Below are positions 28,320-40,399 of a stretch of DNA of 64,000 nucleotides, one piece after another. Source of the stretch: Raillietiella orientalis (taxonomy: Eukaryota). The notes under the pieces were generated by a model. It saw nothing but the letters and a program-made list of their open reading frames with translations, was not told where the DNA came from and searched no databases. The position numbers and the translations under genes were made by a program. Position 1 is the first letter of the stretch. Each line of letters opens with the position of its first letter. The stretch lies in assembly GCA_036172245.1 (NCBI GenBank), contig JAYWIR010000057.1:682001-746000 (forward strand). Direction: 5' to 3'.

Positions 28320-28358
28320 TTCAAAAGTATGGTGGTGATCCACTACCATACTTTTGAA
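28320..28358. other. 18-bp-arm palindrome/hairpin
   Basis: ttcaaaagtatggtggtg-atc-cactaccatacttttgaa (one G:T pair). Confidence 0.75.
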
Positions 28359-29389
28359 AGTGTTCGATGCTGCCGCTGATGGCAGCAACGTCGGGCATCA
28401 ATGCTTCTGTCGACACATAGGAGCATAAAGGTGCTGTCGATTTAGCTGGTGAGAGCATACAAATCGAGGCTTTTCCATGGCCTCAACGGCTGCTCATTCA
28501 GCACAGGTAACCAGCTGATCAGGAAAGATGACATGAAAATTGTGCGATTCCTGTCTGTACATCTGGGGAAAGGAATACTTTTTTATAAGTGCTTTTTAAA
28601 GTGCTTCCAGCGTTGCGCTGCAGCTTGCATTGTTTTCGTGGAGCAGCAGCTTTTGTCCTCTTGAAGATGTGGCGGGCAGGCTCCGTGGAAACTCGGATCC
28701 GGTCGTTTGCCGCTTTTGACGACGCGTTCTTTCCAAAGTCAGCACGACAAACTGATTTGCCGATGTTCGTCAAGCCGAGTGTGTGCGAAAAAGGTGGGGC
28801 TCCTTCCGCCTTGGCTTGCGCAGACCAGGCACCCTCCCTCCTCCTCTGTTCCCCGAAAGCAAAGGGAAAGAGCAGTATGCTCATCACTTGAGTTCTTAGC
28901 AGCAGCAGCTTCATGCAGATCTTACCCTGAGAGTCTAGATGTTGTAACCATGGCTGCAGGGATGACTGCCGAGCTTTCCATGGAAACTCTTGCTTGCATA
29001 GAGGGAAGCTTTCTCCATAGGGTTCCAGGCGGTCTCATCTTCACACCTCCCTTGATGGGAATGGGATTTTCGCTTTATTGGACCGGGAATGTGCAACTCC
29101 CTCCAAATAAACATCTCATCTCTCGTGCTCGTAAAAGGTGGTTTCCTGCCGCTGAAGAATCTTTTCCTAAATTCCCGGAATTGCAGGCGTCACCATACCA
29201 GAATACGTTTTTAGCGTAGGGGAATCTACACAGTTTTTGTGTCCAGCAACTTCCCATCTTCCAGAAATGAGAAGAATTGACAATAAGCTTCAGCTGAAAA
29301 TGTAAGAAAGGATCTCAGGAAGACGTTCAGGATTGGCGCGTTGGTTTCCTCACGTGCGGCACAAAGAAAAATCCCTCGTTTTCGAGCAT

Positions 29390-29940
29390 CATGAGGGATA
29401 AAATCTTTGGTTTCGAGGATCCATACAAAAGTTCTTACCTGTCCGCAATTCTGGATGCACAGAAAGATGGACTTTCCAGGATGTCACCAGCTTCCTCAGA
29501 TGGCCTCGTTGAAGCAGCCTAAGGATTGATGCGACGATCTCTTTTTTGCCCATCATTTTGGCTGATGATGTGAGAATCAGGGTGGCTGGGAAACAGTTTG
29601 GGGAGAGGGGGATAAGATGGAAACCTAGGAACTGGTAAACTAAAAAGGGGAGGGCAAGCAGCTGGTTTTCCTCAGTTTCGAACCTTAGGCAGCGTTCTTC
29701 ACTTCTCAGCATCCGGCTGGTGATCAGCAAGTACCATGAAAGAAAGAGATTCTTCTAGGCACGAAATTTTGCACGAAACTTAAAGAAAGGATTCTCAATG
29801 AGTTTCTCGAGTGAGAAGCGCAGATAGCGGAGTTGATCAACGAAACTTTTCTTCGTCGAAACTTGGGTTGAGGTTGCTATCGATTGCCAAGGGTCCCGAT
29901 TGCGTCTCTTCCCTTTGTATAAATGAGACTCGAGCATTCC
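29390..29940 (-). mobile_element. Possible decayed LINE ORF2 C-terminal remnant
   Basis: ERCLRFETEENQLL loosely resembles the C..C...ET..HL knuckle; collinear with the APE remnant at 31030-31730. Confidence 0.3.
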
Positions 29941-31029
29941 GTATTACTAATCCGCTACAAGCTTCCAGCTCTGTGAGTGGACACATCTAACAGGAACGAT
30001 GTGCCGGAATGATCGAGATGTCTGTTTTTCTACAACTAGCGATAATGTCATGGAATGCTCACTCGTGCTGCTAAGAGATGTGGACGGAAAGACAACAGGA
30101 ATGCCTTTTTTTTTTTTTTTTTTTTGCAAGTTTGAAAGGAACGATTTGCAAAACTTGAGGACTGTTCTTGTTGCTTCATAGGATTCATGGGTTCCTGGAT
30201 TTCACTTTATCTCTCTATATGTATGTGTGTATATATGTATATATAGGGAAATTAGTTTGGAAGACGGAAGTCATTCGTTGTGGTTTGGAGTGGGGGAAGA
30301 AGCAATAATTATTGATAAAGAGAAAAAATGAGAAGATCCAATCAATAGTTCATGTGACTTCACTTAGCATCTTCCTAGAGTTCAATGTCCGAAGACATCA
30401 TGCTAACTACAATGAATGCTATAATTCGCACAACTGGTAATTATTCGTTCCTCAAAACCATCCGACGCGTGTGGGTTTGCTCTCGGGAGCAACTGCTTTA
30501 CAAAAGAAGCTCAGCATGATTGATATGATGGCTGGTATTATTCCTCGGGACTCGAGAAACAACGAAGAGAGAAATTCGCCCTCGGGCGATGGATTGGTGA
30601 GTGCCTGTTGTGAAGAAATGGTGATAACATCGTGAGTCCAGTGGACATGAGGTACAAAGCGAGACCACGCAAAGATGAGACGAAGTAAATTCCGGAAAAG
30701 CGCGGAGTCTTCTAGCGACAAGCAAGAGGTCTTGCTGAGCGCCAGAACTCCTATTCGTCGCTAAATCTCCGCGCTAAGGGCAGGCAACCCAGTCCGGCGT
30801 CTGCTGTGATGTTCCAACAGCATCAGATGGTTTTACTTGGCGTCGAAGGAAAAATTGGACGCACCACCATCCCACTTTGCCAAAGAGGACTGGTCGAACA
30901 ACCCGACGTGGGGGACATGACGGGAAGATGGGGAACCTAACTTACAGTTCCTAATGTTGAGCGAAAAGATGCGTCATCCTTTGCTGCAGTTAGAATGACA
31001 CCTCGAGGAAACCTCCAGAGAGCTAGGTC

Positions 31030-31730
31030 ACCGAAAAGTGGTCACCGAAGCAATATCCTGGCTAAGGAAGCAGCAAGAAGTCAGTTCTGATTCAGAGTGA
31101 TTCCTCTAGTTCTTAACACGGATAGAGCTGCTGAAAAACTCCTTAAAAGCAAAGTAATATCTGCTTTTTAATCCTTGAAAAGAAATCCGAGAACATTTTC
31201 ATTAGATTCGTGAAATTTAAGGTGGAGCATCGACTCAACAGAGACGACACGTCCGATAAGGAAATGATACAAGCCTGTGATGAATGGGGCAAATCACAAA
31301 ATGGCCTGAAGTTACCCCAAAGAGCAAAGGAGCAGTAAGCTCTCCAAGGCATGGAAGAGAAGAACATGGCCCGAATTTGATTGATTGCATCTTGACACTT
31401 AGGCTCGGAAGCTTCTGGAGCATTTTGGAAACAAATGCCTTCGAAAATTTCCCGCTGCATTAGTGGTGTATGAGCAGCATGTGGGTGTGATCTGTTTGAT
31501 TCTCATTCATGCTGTTCATATTTTTTGCGCGCTCGTTCACATTTTATATCAGGATGCACTGACTGTTCATGGACTTCCTGGATCACCGAAAGAGAAACCA
31601 GCAAGGGCTGTCCAATGTACAAAAAAGGAAGCGAAAGATGAAGATGCTTATAGATGAAAGAGGCATCTTGATTACCTATTTGTGAAAGAAATCGGCGTGT
31701 TTCCCTTACAGCCAAACTGTTGAATAGCAC
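31030..31730 (-). mobile_element. Decayed APE endonuclease of an L1/Tx1-type LINE
   Basis: Degenerate motifs in the expected order: VIQEVH (QETH), QNAP...FF (YAP), WGNF (GDFN), RTDFLL...GDH (SRID...SDH). Confidence 0.5.
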
Positions 31731-31792
31731 GAGAACGCCATCTTATGCGCGTTTTGTCTTCAACCAAGTGATAGATGATGTTTCAAGTGGCG

Positions 31793-31841
31793 GAGGAGAG
31801 AGAAAACACTACTATGGTGGACCTTCAAGACCGGAGGTTTT
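31793..31841. repeat. 49-bp direct repeat, copy A (putative TSD of the R2-group element)
   Basis: gaggagagagaaaacactactatggtggaccttcaagaccggaggtttt; 45/49 identical to 33934-33982. Confidence 0.85.
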
Positions 31842-33933
31842 TATTGCTTAGATGTGCAATTACACAACATGTTGCAGGGGGGACTCTTGACATTCTTCCG
31901 GAATTCCTCCTCTGTTCATCTGGGGCGCTCATCTCCTATTAGCATGTTGCTTCCTCAGCTTCCTGTCCTCCGTCTGGAGAGAGCTGACCACTGGGATTCT
32001 CCGGCTGCATCTGATTGTCGGTCCTTCGTGTAACGTGGGCTGCAATGATGTCGCTGGAGTATCGGAAGCATGAAGCCATTATCCGTTGCCTCATCGTCAT
32101 CAATTTCTTCTTCGGAATTCCGAGATCCTGCAGCACTTTTCCGTTACCTGGGTCCCAGACCACCAGAGCGCCAACGATGAGAACATGAACCTTGCATTGC
32201 ATCCCTTCTCTGCCCAGCTGGAGGGCTACTTCCTTTCCTGTTTCTGTACTTTTCCTGTTTTATCCTCCTAGCTGCTCTGTACTCCTTTCCTGCACCCTCG
32301 TACGGTCAGCAGACGTCCAGCACTGTTGTATGACTTCCTTCCTTCAGTACTATGTCTGGTTGCAAGAGGGATTCCGTTCCTGGAGCTCTCCAGTTGGTAC
32401 ACACTAGGGTTCACTTTGCTTCATCCACCGCGGTCATGCTGATCATTTCTTGAATCGCATTTTTTCACGCAATGGACAGATAAAAGTGCCTTCTACATTT
32501 GTTTAATATATGAGGCAAGTTTCGTCTTCTGTCCGGCAGCGCCGACATGCGCGTACCTCCTGTTTCATCCTGGACCCAGTTCTGATTGGTAGAAGTTTAG
32601 TCGGGCTGCGTGGATGAATCTGTAATCCTGGAACCTCAGGTAATCTCCATTGATGAGGAAAAAGGTTGAGGCATGGTGCATTCCCACACAATGCATGGCT
32701 TTCTGATGTGTTTCTGGACCAGGGATTGCCATGCGTGTTCTCTCTGCAGTGCTCTCACGCTGGATGTAATTCTCCTCATGCTGCTGCTGAAGATGACGCC
32801 GTTAACCGTTATGTTGGGCTCTCTATCAGTAAACTTCCAGTGGGCTTTTGTTCTTCTCGAGGCTCTTCTTCCTTTGGACCTTAGGCTCTCGACGTCTTTG
32901 CTACGCTGTGCGAATTCTCCGAAGGAAGCGCTCGTCATGAAGTCTCCGAGGCCCTCATCTGTTGGCGTTTCGAGGAGTCTCTTTTGGATCACCTCGTTTA
33001 GTGTCACTTAAACCAATCTCTTCACCTCACTGTCTGCAGAGCTGAGTAAATTGAATCAGCTACCGATGATGAACATGTCCAACTCATTAGCCATCTCCAT
33101 CAGACCCAGGCAGCCTTTGCTTCTTTCTCCGAAAAGGTATTTACTGGCTGCCGAGGATGGGAGATGCAAGGTTTCCTTTACTCTCCGTCTGACTTCGTAC
33201 ATATATTGCCACTCTTCCTTTCGGTGGTTTGCCAGCCTCTTGTAGTGAACTACGCTGAAAAAGAAGGTCTTTGTGACATCCATCTTCTGCCATCCCAATA
33301 GTTCACTATCTAGGATGCACTTGCCTTCCAACAAATTTCCTCCTTCGACGGACACGAGTTGAACACCTGTATCCCAAAGGATTTTCCCAAGTATATGTAA
33401 GTCTCTAATGAAGCAATACAGGGATTCTCCCTTTCTCACCTCTATATCGATTTCCCTGAGTCCTTTCGAGATTTTCCCTTTGTAATGAATCGAGGCACAC
33501 TTCTCCGGATTGATGGATAAACTGACCCGCTCCAATAAATCTTGAAATTGGGCTACCTTAGTTTTCAATTCTAGCGCGTCCTTGGCTAAGATGACGATGA
33601 CGTCGGCGTATGCCAGAATTACATTCTCCCTGTAGCTTTCTCTCATCAAACGAAGGATGGGTTTGACTGCTAAGATAAAAAGGAGTGAGCTCAGTGGACA
33701 GCCCTGCTTCACTCCCCGCCGCACGGAAAAAGTCTTCGCTGAAGTCAACTCCAGTTGAACTTAAGTGGAACTTCCAGAGTATATGTCTTGGATTGTGTTA
33801 ATAAACTCTGTCTGCCCCTGTTTCCTTCAGTGTTTTCAGGATCATCTTATAGGAAACTGTAGCAAACTGTCCCGAAGGCGTTTGCCAAGTCTATGAAGAC
33901 AAAAATTCCGCAGCCAGCGACGAACAAAGACCA
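31842..33933 (-). mobile_element. 5'-truncated, decayed R2-group non-LTR retrotransposon (NeSL/Utopia-like, RT + zinc knuckle + RLE region), copy 1
   Basis: RT motifs IDLANAFG, GVKQGCPLS, YADV (from YADD) and INPEKC; CRRCRTEDET knuckle; C-terminal IVGALVVW. Ends in AATAAAAA on the minus strand. Frameshifted; homologous to 37612-39219. Confidence 0.9.
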
Positions 33934-33982
33934 GAGGAGAGAGAATACACTACTGTGGTGGACCTTCAAGACCTGGGGTTTT
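33934..33982. repeat. 49-bp direct repeat, copy B (putative TSD of the R2-group element)
   Basis: gaggagagagaatacactactgtggtggaccttcaagacctggggtttt. Confidence 0.85.
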
Positions 33983-35261
33983 CTCAAGTAGGCATGTTCG
34001 GACTGACGATTGCACATCCACTAAGCTCTTCTCCAGCAGAGACGGGACCTGAGCTGGAACACTGGACCCAATACTGGAGCGTTTTTGAACGAAGCACGGA
34101 AGGAGAATCCTGAAAACTTTGGTTCCTGAAAACACGCATATCTTCTAGCTCTGAGCTTCCCTCCATGACTTTTGTGGTTCGGAAAGGCAGAAAAATGTAG
34201 AAAAGCGTTTTCTCTCCATGCAGATCAAGGATAAATGAAGTGCATCTCATGAAAGTGCTGCTCTTCCATCAGCTGCTCAGAATCCCACCTCGTGAGTTCA
34301 CGAGAGAGTTCATGAAAGCTCATAAAGCAAATGGTACTTCCAGTCTGCTGCGCAGTTTTTTTCTTTCTCCGTCAAAAGTTGTCCCTGTCAGAACTGAGGT
34401 GATTCGACTGCAGGGCCTCTTCAGCTGTTCCTGAGCAGCACATGAACATGTGATTGTGACTATTTTCGATTTGGTGCTCGTACCCTACGGTGCCTTGACC
34501 GCTGCCCTCGTAAGAATCCAGTCGCCTAGTTGCGAGCTTCGCGGCTGTAGAGCTTTTCCCACGATATCTGTTTTGATCACGTGCTGGCCCAGCCAGTCGG
34601 ACTCCTCAGCCAGTTCTTGCGCAGAGCCGTGAGCTCATCATGGCATTCGTCCTGTCTTGGTCCTTCCCCTGAGCCTGTGGACCGAATCGGCGCTCTGGAA
34701 GACGAACCCTCTGGTTCGTCTCCAAATGCTACGTGTTCCCGATGCGAAGCCGATTTCTGGAAAATACTTAAGACCAGGGACGAACTGCACCGCCGCTCCG
34801 TTCCAACTGAAAACGGTCATTTTCAAGGAACTCGCGGCAATGATCTGCATCGCCCTGCCCAGAGATGGTGGCCAGCTGCTGAGTGAATCAGTGAAGCGAA
34901 GCCCTATTTATTGGGTGCATCTGTTGCAATCCACGGTGTGCTTGCCACCCTCAAAAGTCATCAATAAGAACTTGCGCAAGAAAGAAGCAAAAGCGGTTTG
35001 AAGGCTTCTCGCTCAATTGCTCCTTTTTCTTCCATTGCTTTCGCGTACAACTGTCATCATTCTGCTTTTGGAGGGAGCTTGTGCGGTTGAGATATTCCGC
35101 GTTGTTCCTGATGCCTCCTTGCCATTGGTCAGCTTGTGCTTCTTGAAAATGTGGCACCATCACGTTGCAATCTTCCATTTTTCATGAAATCACCTGCTTA
35201 GGAGCAAATCGAATTTCCTTTCGGACTGACCTTCAGCCATGTAGGCACTCTACCAGGAATA

Positions 35262-35968
35262 CGTTGGGAGGTCATGTAGCTGTGGTCTTCTCACATTGTG
35301 ACAAGCGTTGCGAGTTCGAATCCCCACGTGGAGGACTGATGCTGACAAATGGGTTCGATTCTCCCTCTCAGGACGATGCTGCTTGACCCCGGTTGGTTTC
35401 GGGCTTGGCACCAGCGAAAGCCGGAAACCGGATGTCCTCATTGGCTGGTAGGAGATGGGACTTGACCTTCCGGGGTCATTTAAAGAATCAAGAAGTCAGT
35501 TTCCTTCATGGGTCCCCCCCGGTTGTGAAAATGGAGCCATCCAGTAGTATCATGGAGCTGGTCGGTCGATTCATCTCCAGAGTGTGAAGAAGCGCTCTGC
35601 TCCCTTCAGAGAAATGCGGTTCCCATGCGAGTTGCTTCCAGGGAAGAAATTCCGGGAGAGGTCCCTCCGGGGAACCTTTCCGGAGAGGATAAGAAAGAGG
35701 TTCCCTTCGGGGTACCCTTCGGAGACAGCCAGGGCGTAGGTTCCTTCCGGGGTTCCCCTCCCAAGCGTAAGAGGAGCGGAGTCATTCCTCCGGAGCCTCC
35801 ATTGATTCATAGAGTGGTTTCCTCCCAGGGAACTTGCTATCTTGAAGAGTTAACACACGCACCCCTGGATGACGTGAACAGTGTTAAGGAGCTTAGCGAG
35901 TCCCTAGGCAAACTAGGTTCTGGAATGCTTAGCACCCCCCACCCCCCCTAAAAAAAAAAAAAAAAAAA
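35262..35968 (+). mobile_element. SINE-like repeat, copy D (near full length, ends in an A-tract)
   Basis: AGTTCGAATCCC at 35313-35324; shared body; A-run at 35950-35968. Confidence 0.75.
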
Positions 35969-36789
35969 CTGGAAGGAAAACAGCGAAACAAACAAACAAA
36001 AGGATTGCCATCATCCTAGACCAATATTAAGCTGAGCACTGGTTTTGCTGCAATTTCCTCGGTTTCCACCACTTCATTTCTTCTTGAATTGCATCCCGCG
36101 CCCCCAAATATGGCGATTTCGAAAGCTTCTGCTAGTCCACCTGACTCTCCAGAAGATGTGCCACGCCTCTCTTGAGAAAGCACGCATCGCTTCGACTCCT
36201 GAAATGATGTCCCCGAAGTTCACCCATGAGGAGCGTTCAGAAGACCAGCAAGACGGCGACATGGCGACCCAGCGAAACCCGTTTTCGCAAACGGTCCGCA
36301 TAGCCAAAAACTCCACCTGCAGTGGCTTCGCCCTAGGCGCTGTTTGAAGACGCCACGCTTTTTCTCAAACGGAAGAGGAATGAGATTTTCCTCTTGCAAT
36401 TTTCAATGCTGCTAAAAGACGAAAAGCATCCGAGCGTGATGAGCATCCGAGCGTTGACTGTCAGCAAGAAGCGCTTCACCAGCTCACCTTCTTGATGGTA
36501 AAACGTTTTGCATTCAACTATTTCTCTGAGCAATGCAGGTGTTAGGTCTCAGATTCACCTTCTTCGTAGATGGAACACTTCTACAAGACGTGGCAGAGTT
36601 CGATCTTGTTCGTACATCTTCCTACTTGATCTTGATTTTCCACCAGCAGAAGTAGACATTTTGGGTTGATGATGCTATATGCGTGGGTCTGGTCGACTTG
36701 GTAGACCATGAACACGAGGAGCAAGACTATTCTGCTCATGCCAATTAACTCAGGTTTGGCTTTTTTCTATTTTTTTTTAAAAGCTTCGT

Positions 36790-37611
36790 AATTCGAGAGG
36801 GCGTAATTGTGGTCGAATCCTTGCGTAACCAGCGGACGAACACCCGACGTTCGGTGGCTTGCGGAGTATACAGCGGGAGCCGAGAGACTCTTCAATTTGC
36901 TCAGCCGTGGGACGGTACTGAGTGCTAAGTCGTCCATGGTCCCAGTTAGTGAGGCGTGGACAGGAAGACCGGACTATATCCGCTTGGACATCGCTACGGG
37001 AGGGTACTTGAAGTACCTTGCAGTTCCCTTGGGGGACTTCTGCGTTGCACAAGCCTGCTCCAGCCGTCTCCAGAAGACAGAGCAGGAGCTCGACCCGTTC
37101 CAAGGAGGCAGGTTCCACTTGCTGGAACGGACCGCGGTGTGGGACACTTTCGTGGTTCCCCTCTTTCGCCCTCTGCTTTTTGTTTGCCTCCCACCAAGTA
37201 GCATGCAAAAGCGGACGAAGGACCTCCTCAGGTTCGCCCTTTGGGGCACGAGGAAGTCCCGAGTCCGTCTGAAGGACTTACGCGCTTCGTGTCCGATGAC
37301 CTCAGCCTCCTGACGCTGGAGCGAATGGAGTACTTGCCCTCGTGACGAAGTTATGGAGCACCACCTGGTGCAAACCTGTGCGCCTCCTCGTTCCGCAAGC
37401 CACCAGCAGCGTGGACTTGCGTCCTTCCTTGCGCGCTATCTCTGCAACGTCTCCCACTGCAGACTGCATCTTCGGCAAGTGGCTACTCTTACGAAAAAGA
37501 ACAGCTGAATCTCTTGCCGCCCTGAGAACCATTGCCTGGCTGCAGGAAAACGTCCGCATGTGAGTGAACAACGAGAGGCGCCCGGAACAGGCATAGCGAA
37601 TGCTGTACTGT
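36790..37611 (+). mobile_element. L1/Tx1-type LINE ORF2 fragment (late RT/thumb)
   Basis: LKYLAVPLG...FHLLERTAVWDTFVVP...FALWGTRKSRVRLKDL matches the L1/Tx1 post-RT pattern. Confidence 0.65.
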
Positions 37612-39219
37612 AAATGCGCCTCGATATGCTACAGCGGCAAAAACCGAAAGGTATAAAGGACGTGGACATCCGGGTAAAGGAAGGAAAAATCCTTGTATTG
37701 CCTTATCACAGGCATGCAAATACTTGGGAAAATCCTTCGGTGTAAGGGTATTCAACACACACCCTTCCAAGGAAGACAGAAGAAGGCGAGTGCCATACTG
37801 GAGAGTGAACTCTCAGGATGGCAGAAGATGGATATTCTGGAAACATTCTTTTATCTCAGCCTAGTTCATTAGAAGAGGCTGGAAACTCACCGAAAAGAGG
37901 AATGGCAGCATGTAGACGAAGAAATCAGGAAGAAAATCAAGGCCTTGCACCTACCATCCCGGGCAGCTAACGAATATTTGTACGAAGACAGGAGCAAAAG
38001 CTGCCTAGGTGTAATGGAGCTAGCTGGAGAATCCGACCTCTTCATTATGGACAGCTGCTTTAGACTGCTTACATCACCAGACAAAGCGGTAAGAAAGTTA
38101 GCACAAGACACCCTGGAAGGAATCCTCAAAAAACGTAACCATGGATCCCCGATAGATGAGAATCTCGGGGAATTCATGACGGGCAAGACCGCAAAGCCCA
38201 GAAGTGATATAGAGAACCTCTGGACGAAAGGAAGGAAGGCCTCTAGAAGAATTAAAGTCCGCTGGGAGTTTCAACAAGGATAACCCCGTATAACGGCGTA
38301 ATCTTCACCAGGAGTGCAAGAAGAGGGCTCGCCCCCGGCGTGAGAGCATTGCAGCGGGAATATGCATGGCAATCCCTAATTCAAAACACATTAGTTAAGA
38401 GAAGACCATGCAGTGTGTGGGCATGCATCACTCTTCAAGCTTCTTCCAAACGAACGAAACCCACTTGAGATTCCAGACTACAAGTTCATCCATTCTGCAA
38501 GACTCAAATTACTTCCAGTCAACGCTGGGCCAACCAAAAAAGCACACGGAAGAATATGTCAGCGTTGCGGTACGGAGGACGAAACGTTATCCCACGTATT
38601 AAATAGACGCAAGAAGCACGTCCCTCTGACGATGCAACGCCATGATGCCATTCTAGAAATCATCAGAAAGGCCGCAGCGGATGAAGTGAAGTGGAGTCCT
38701 GTATCGAGTAATCGCAGAGTACCAGGAACCATCTCCAAACTAAAACCAGACGTGGTTTTAGAAAAACGAGACCAAAGAAGTGTGCCGGACATCTCCTGCC
38801 CATTCGAAAATGAAAAGGAGACGTTCACCACAGCGAGGAAGTTCAAAGAAGGAAGGTACCAAGATATCACAGTGCAACTTGGAAACTGTGAAAGCACACA
38901 AAAGTGCATGCGATCATTGTGGACTTACTGGGAGTATGGGATCCTGGAAAGGAAGAGGTACTACAATACCTAGGACTACCAACAAAGAAGCCTTTGAAGC
39001 TAAGACAACGGATGGTAGCACCTGCATCCGGTATTCAAGTAGCATGTAAGCATCCCACGTAAGAAGGAAAAAAGCAGCCCAACCCGATGATCTGGATAAT
39101 GCTCTCCCTCCGGAAGAAATCGAGCAAAGCACCGAAGAACCGGAGGAAATAAATATCGCGGAAGATTCTCCAGAACCATTCCAAAAATAGCTTTGTAATA
39201 ACCTAAAATGAATAATAAA
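37612..39219 (+). mobile_element. 5'-truncated, decayed R2-group non-LTR retrotransposon (NeSL/Utopia-like), copy 2
   Basis: Starts at KCASI (end of RT); FIHSARLKLLP, CQRCGTEDETLSHVL knuckle, RHDAI, and KPDVV...DISCPFEN...ARKFK...Y restriction-like endonuclease; ends AATAATAAA. Confidence 0.9.
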
Positions 39220-39700
39220 GTTTCTATAGCAACTGCTTGCTCCGGGAGATAATCGAACATCCCACGAAAAGTGCGTGGGCAAGTAGAACCTCCCTTTCTA
39301 CAGCGCTGCTCACCTTGAAGGAACAAATGGGCAGCAGTCTTCTGGCTAGATAAGAAGTCTCGGTGCAAATCTCCGATAGGAGGAAAGCACTGAATAAGTG
39401 GACGACGGGCCAGGTTGCAGATGCTGCGACCCCAAGTGCCCCACCTCGAGGACTTCTGCGCTGTGGTGAGCTGCTGGATGTTCCATTGGAAGATCTACAG
39501 TGGCTCGCAGTGCTCTTGGACACACGCACCCCACTTTAAAGTGGCAGTGAAGGAGTCAGCGTTGATGCTGCTGCACTGGGGTCTCCCGTGCGACGCACGC
39601 GGATATCACTGGACCCGAGAGGGAACGCAATTTTGTCAGGTGCGAGGAACATGAATCCCGGCCACTCAACGAGGGCAGCCGGTTTCTAACAGTGCGTACC
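39220..39700 (+). mobile_element. L1/Tx1-type LINE ORF2 C-terminal fragment (probable continuation of 36790-37611)
   Basis: ESALMLLHWGLPCDARGYHWTREG is nearly identical to the peptide encoded in 27350-27430 (-). Confidence 0.7.
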
Positions 39701-39724
39701 CGAAGAAGCCTACAGGACACCCTG

Positions 39725-39835
39725 CGGGAGAGACTTAAAACCACCTCTTCCTCGGTGTCGACCCTTCCCTGCGTGAGATTCGAACCCGCGAAGCTTGGTG
39801 CAATGCGCGGAAACCGCAGCCACACGACCGTCAAT
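39725..39835 (-). mobile_element. SINE-like repeat, copy E (head only)
   Basis: Reverse complement reads GTGTGGCTGCGGTTTCC...GGGTTCGAATCTCAC. Confidence 0.65.
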
Positions 39836-40399
39836 GCGGACATTTCTTCTTTTTTTGTTTTAGTTTTCTTTTCAGGTTTGATGGGGAACTTTCGGAACGC
39901 ACAGGAATTCCAAAAGAATCCTCTAAATGGGACGTTTTCTCTCCAGCACGTTACGTGCACGGGGTCAAATCATGGTCTCACAATATCACACATGACCTGT
40001 GCCAGCCATACGTAGTTCCTGAGAGCAAACCCTCATCGAGAACCTTCTATGATGAACCGTGGCTCGCCTCACTGCAGGGACGATGCAGACGATCTTCATT
40101 TTGCAGTGATTGAAGACGGAACTTATTGACCATCCACCCACAGGCTCACGGATTCCGCGACAATAGCGTGTTTTCGCGAAGAGAAAGACAAAAAAACAAC
40201 CCTTTGCAATTTCCAGAAGACTGACTGCCACATTTTTCGGAATGAAAACGGTGCTCCATACTGGGATTCCATCACGTTGCATATCTAAGAATTCAGTGTA
40301 CCACCAAGATTCGGCCTTCCGTCTGAGGTCGCTTCTACACAACCGTCTCAGTAAGTGATCTATTTTTGGTGTTCCCATTGAGACCATCCTCCACTTTAT

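Noticed and set aside
33983..35200. Second tandem copy of the R2-group element
   Set aside because: Only the 49-bp repeat is shared and no RT or RLE motifs follow. It is more likely host sequence (possibly a decayed LINE ORF1), which I cannot verify.
37593..39240. TSD around R2-group copy 2 (atagcgaatgct vs atagcaactgct)
   Set aside because: Only 10/12 identity and offset from the exact junctions; too weak to call.
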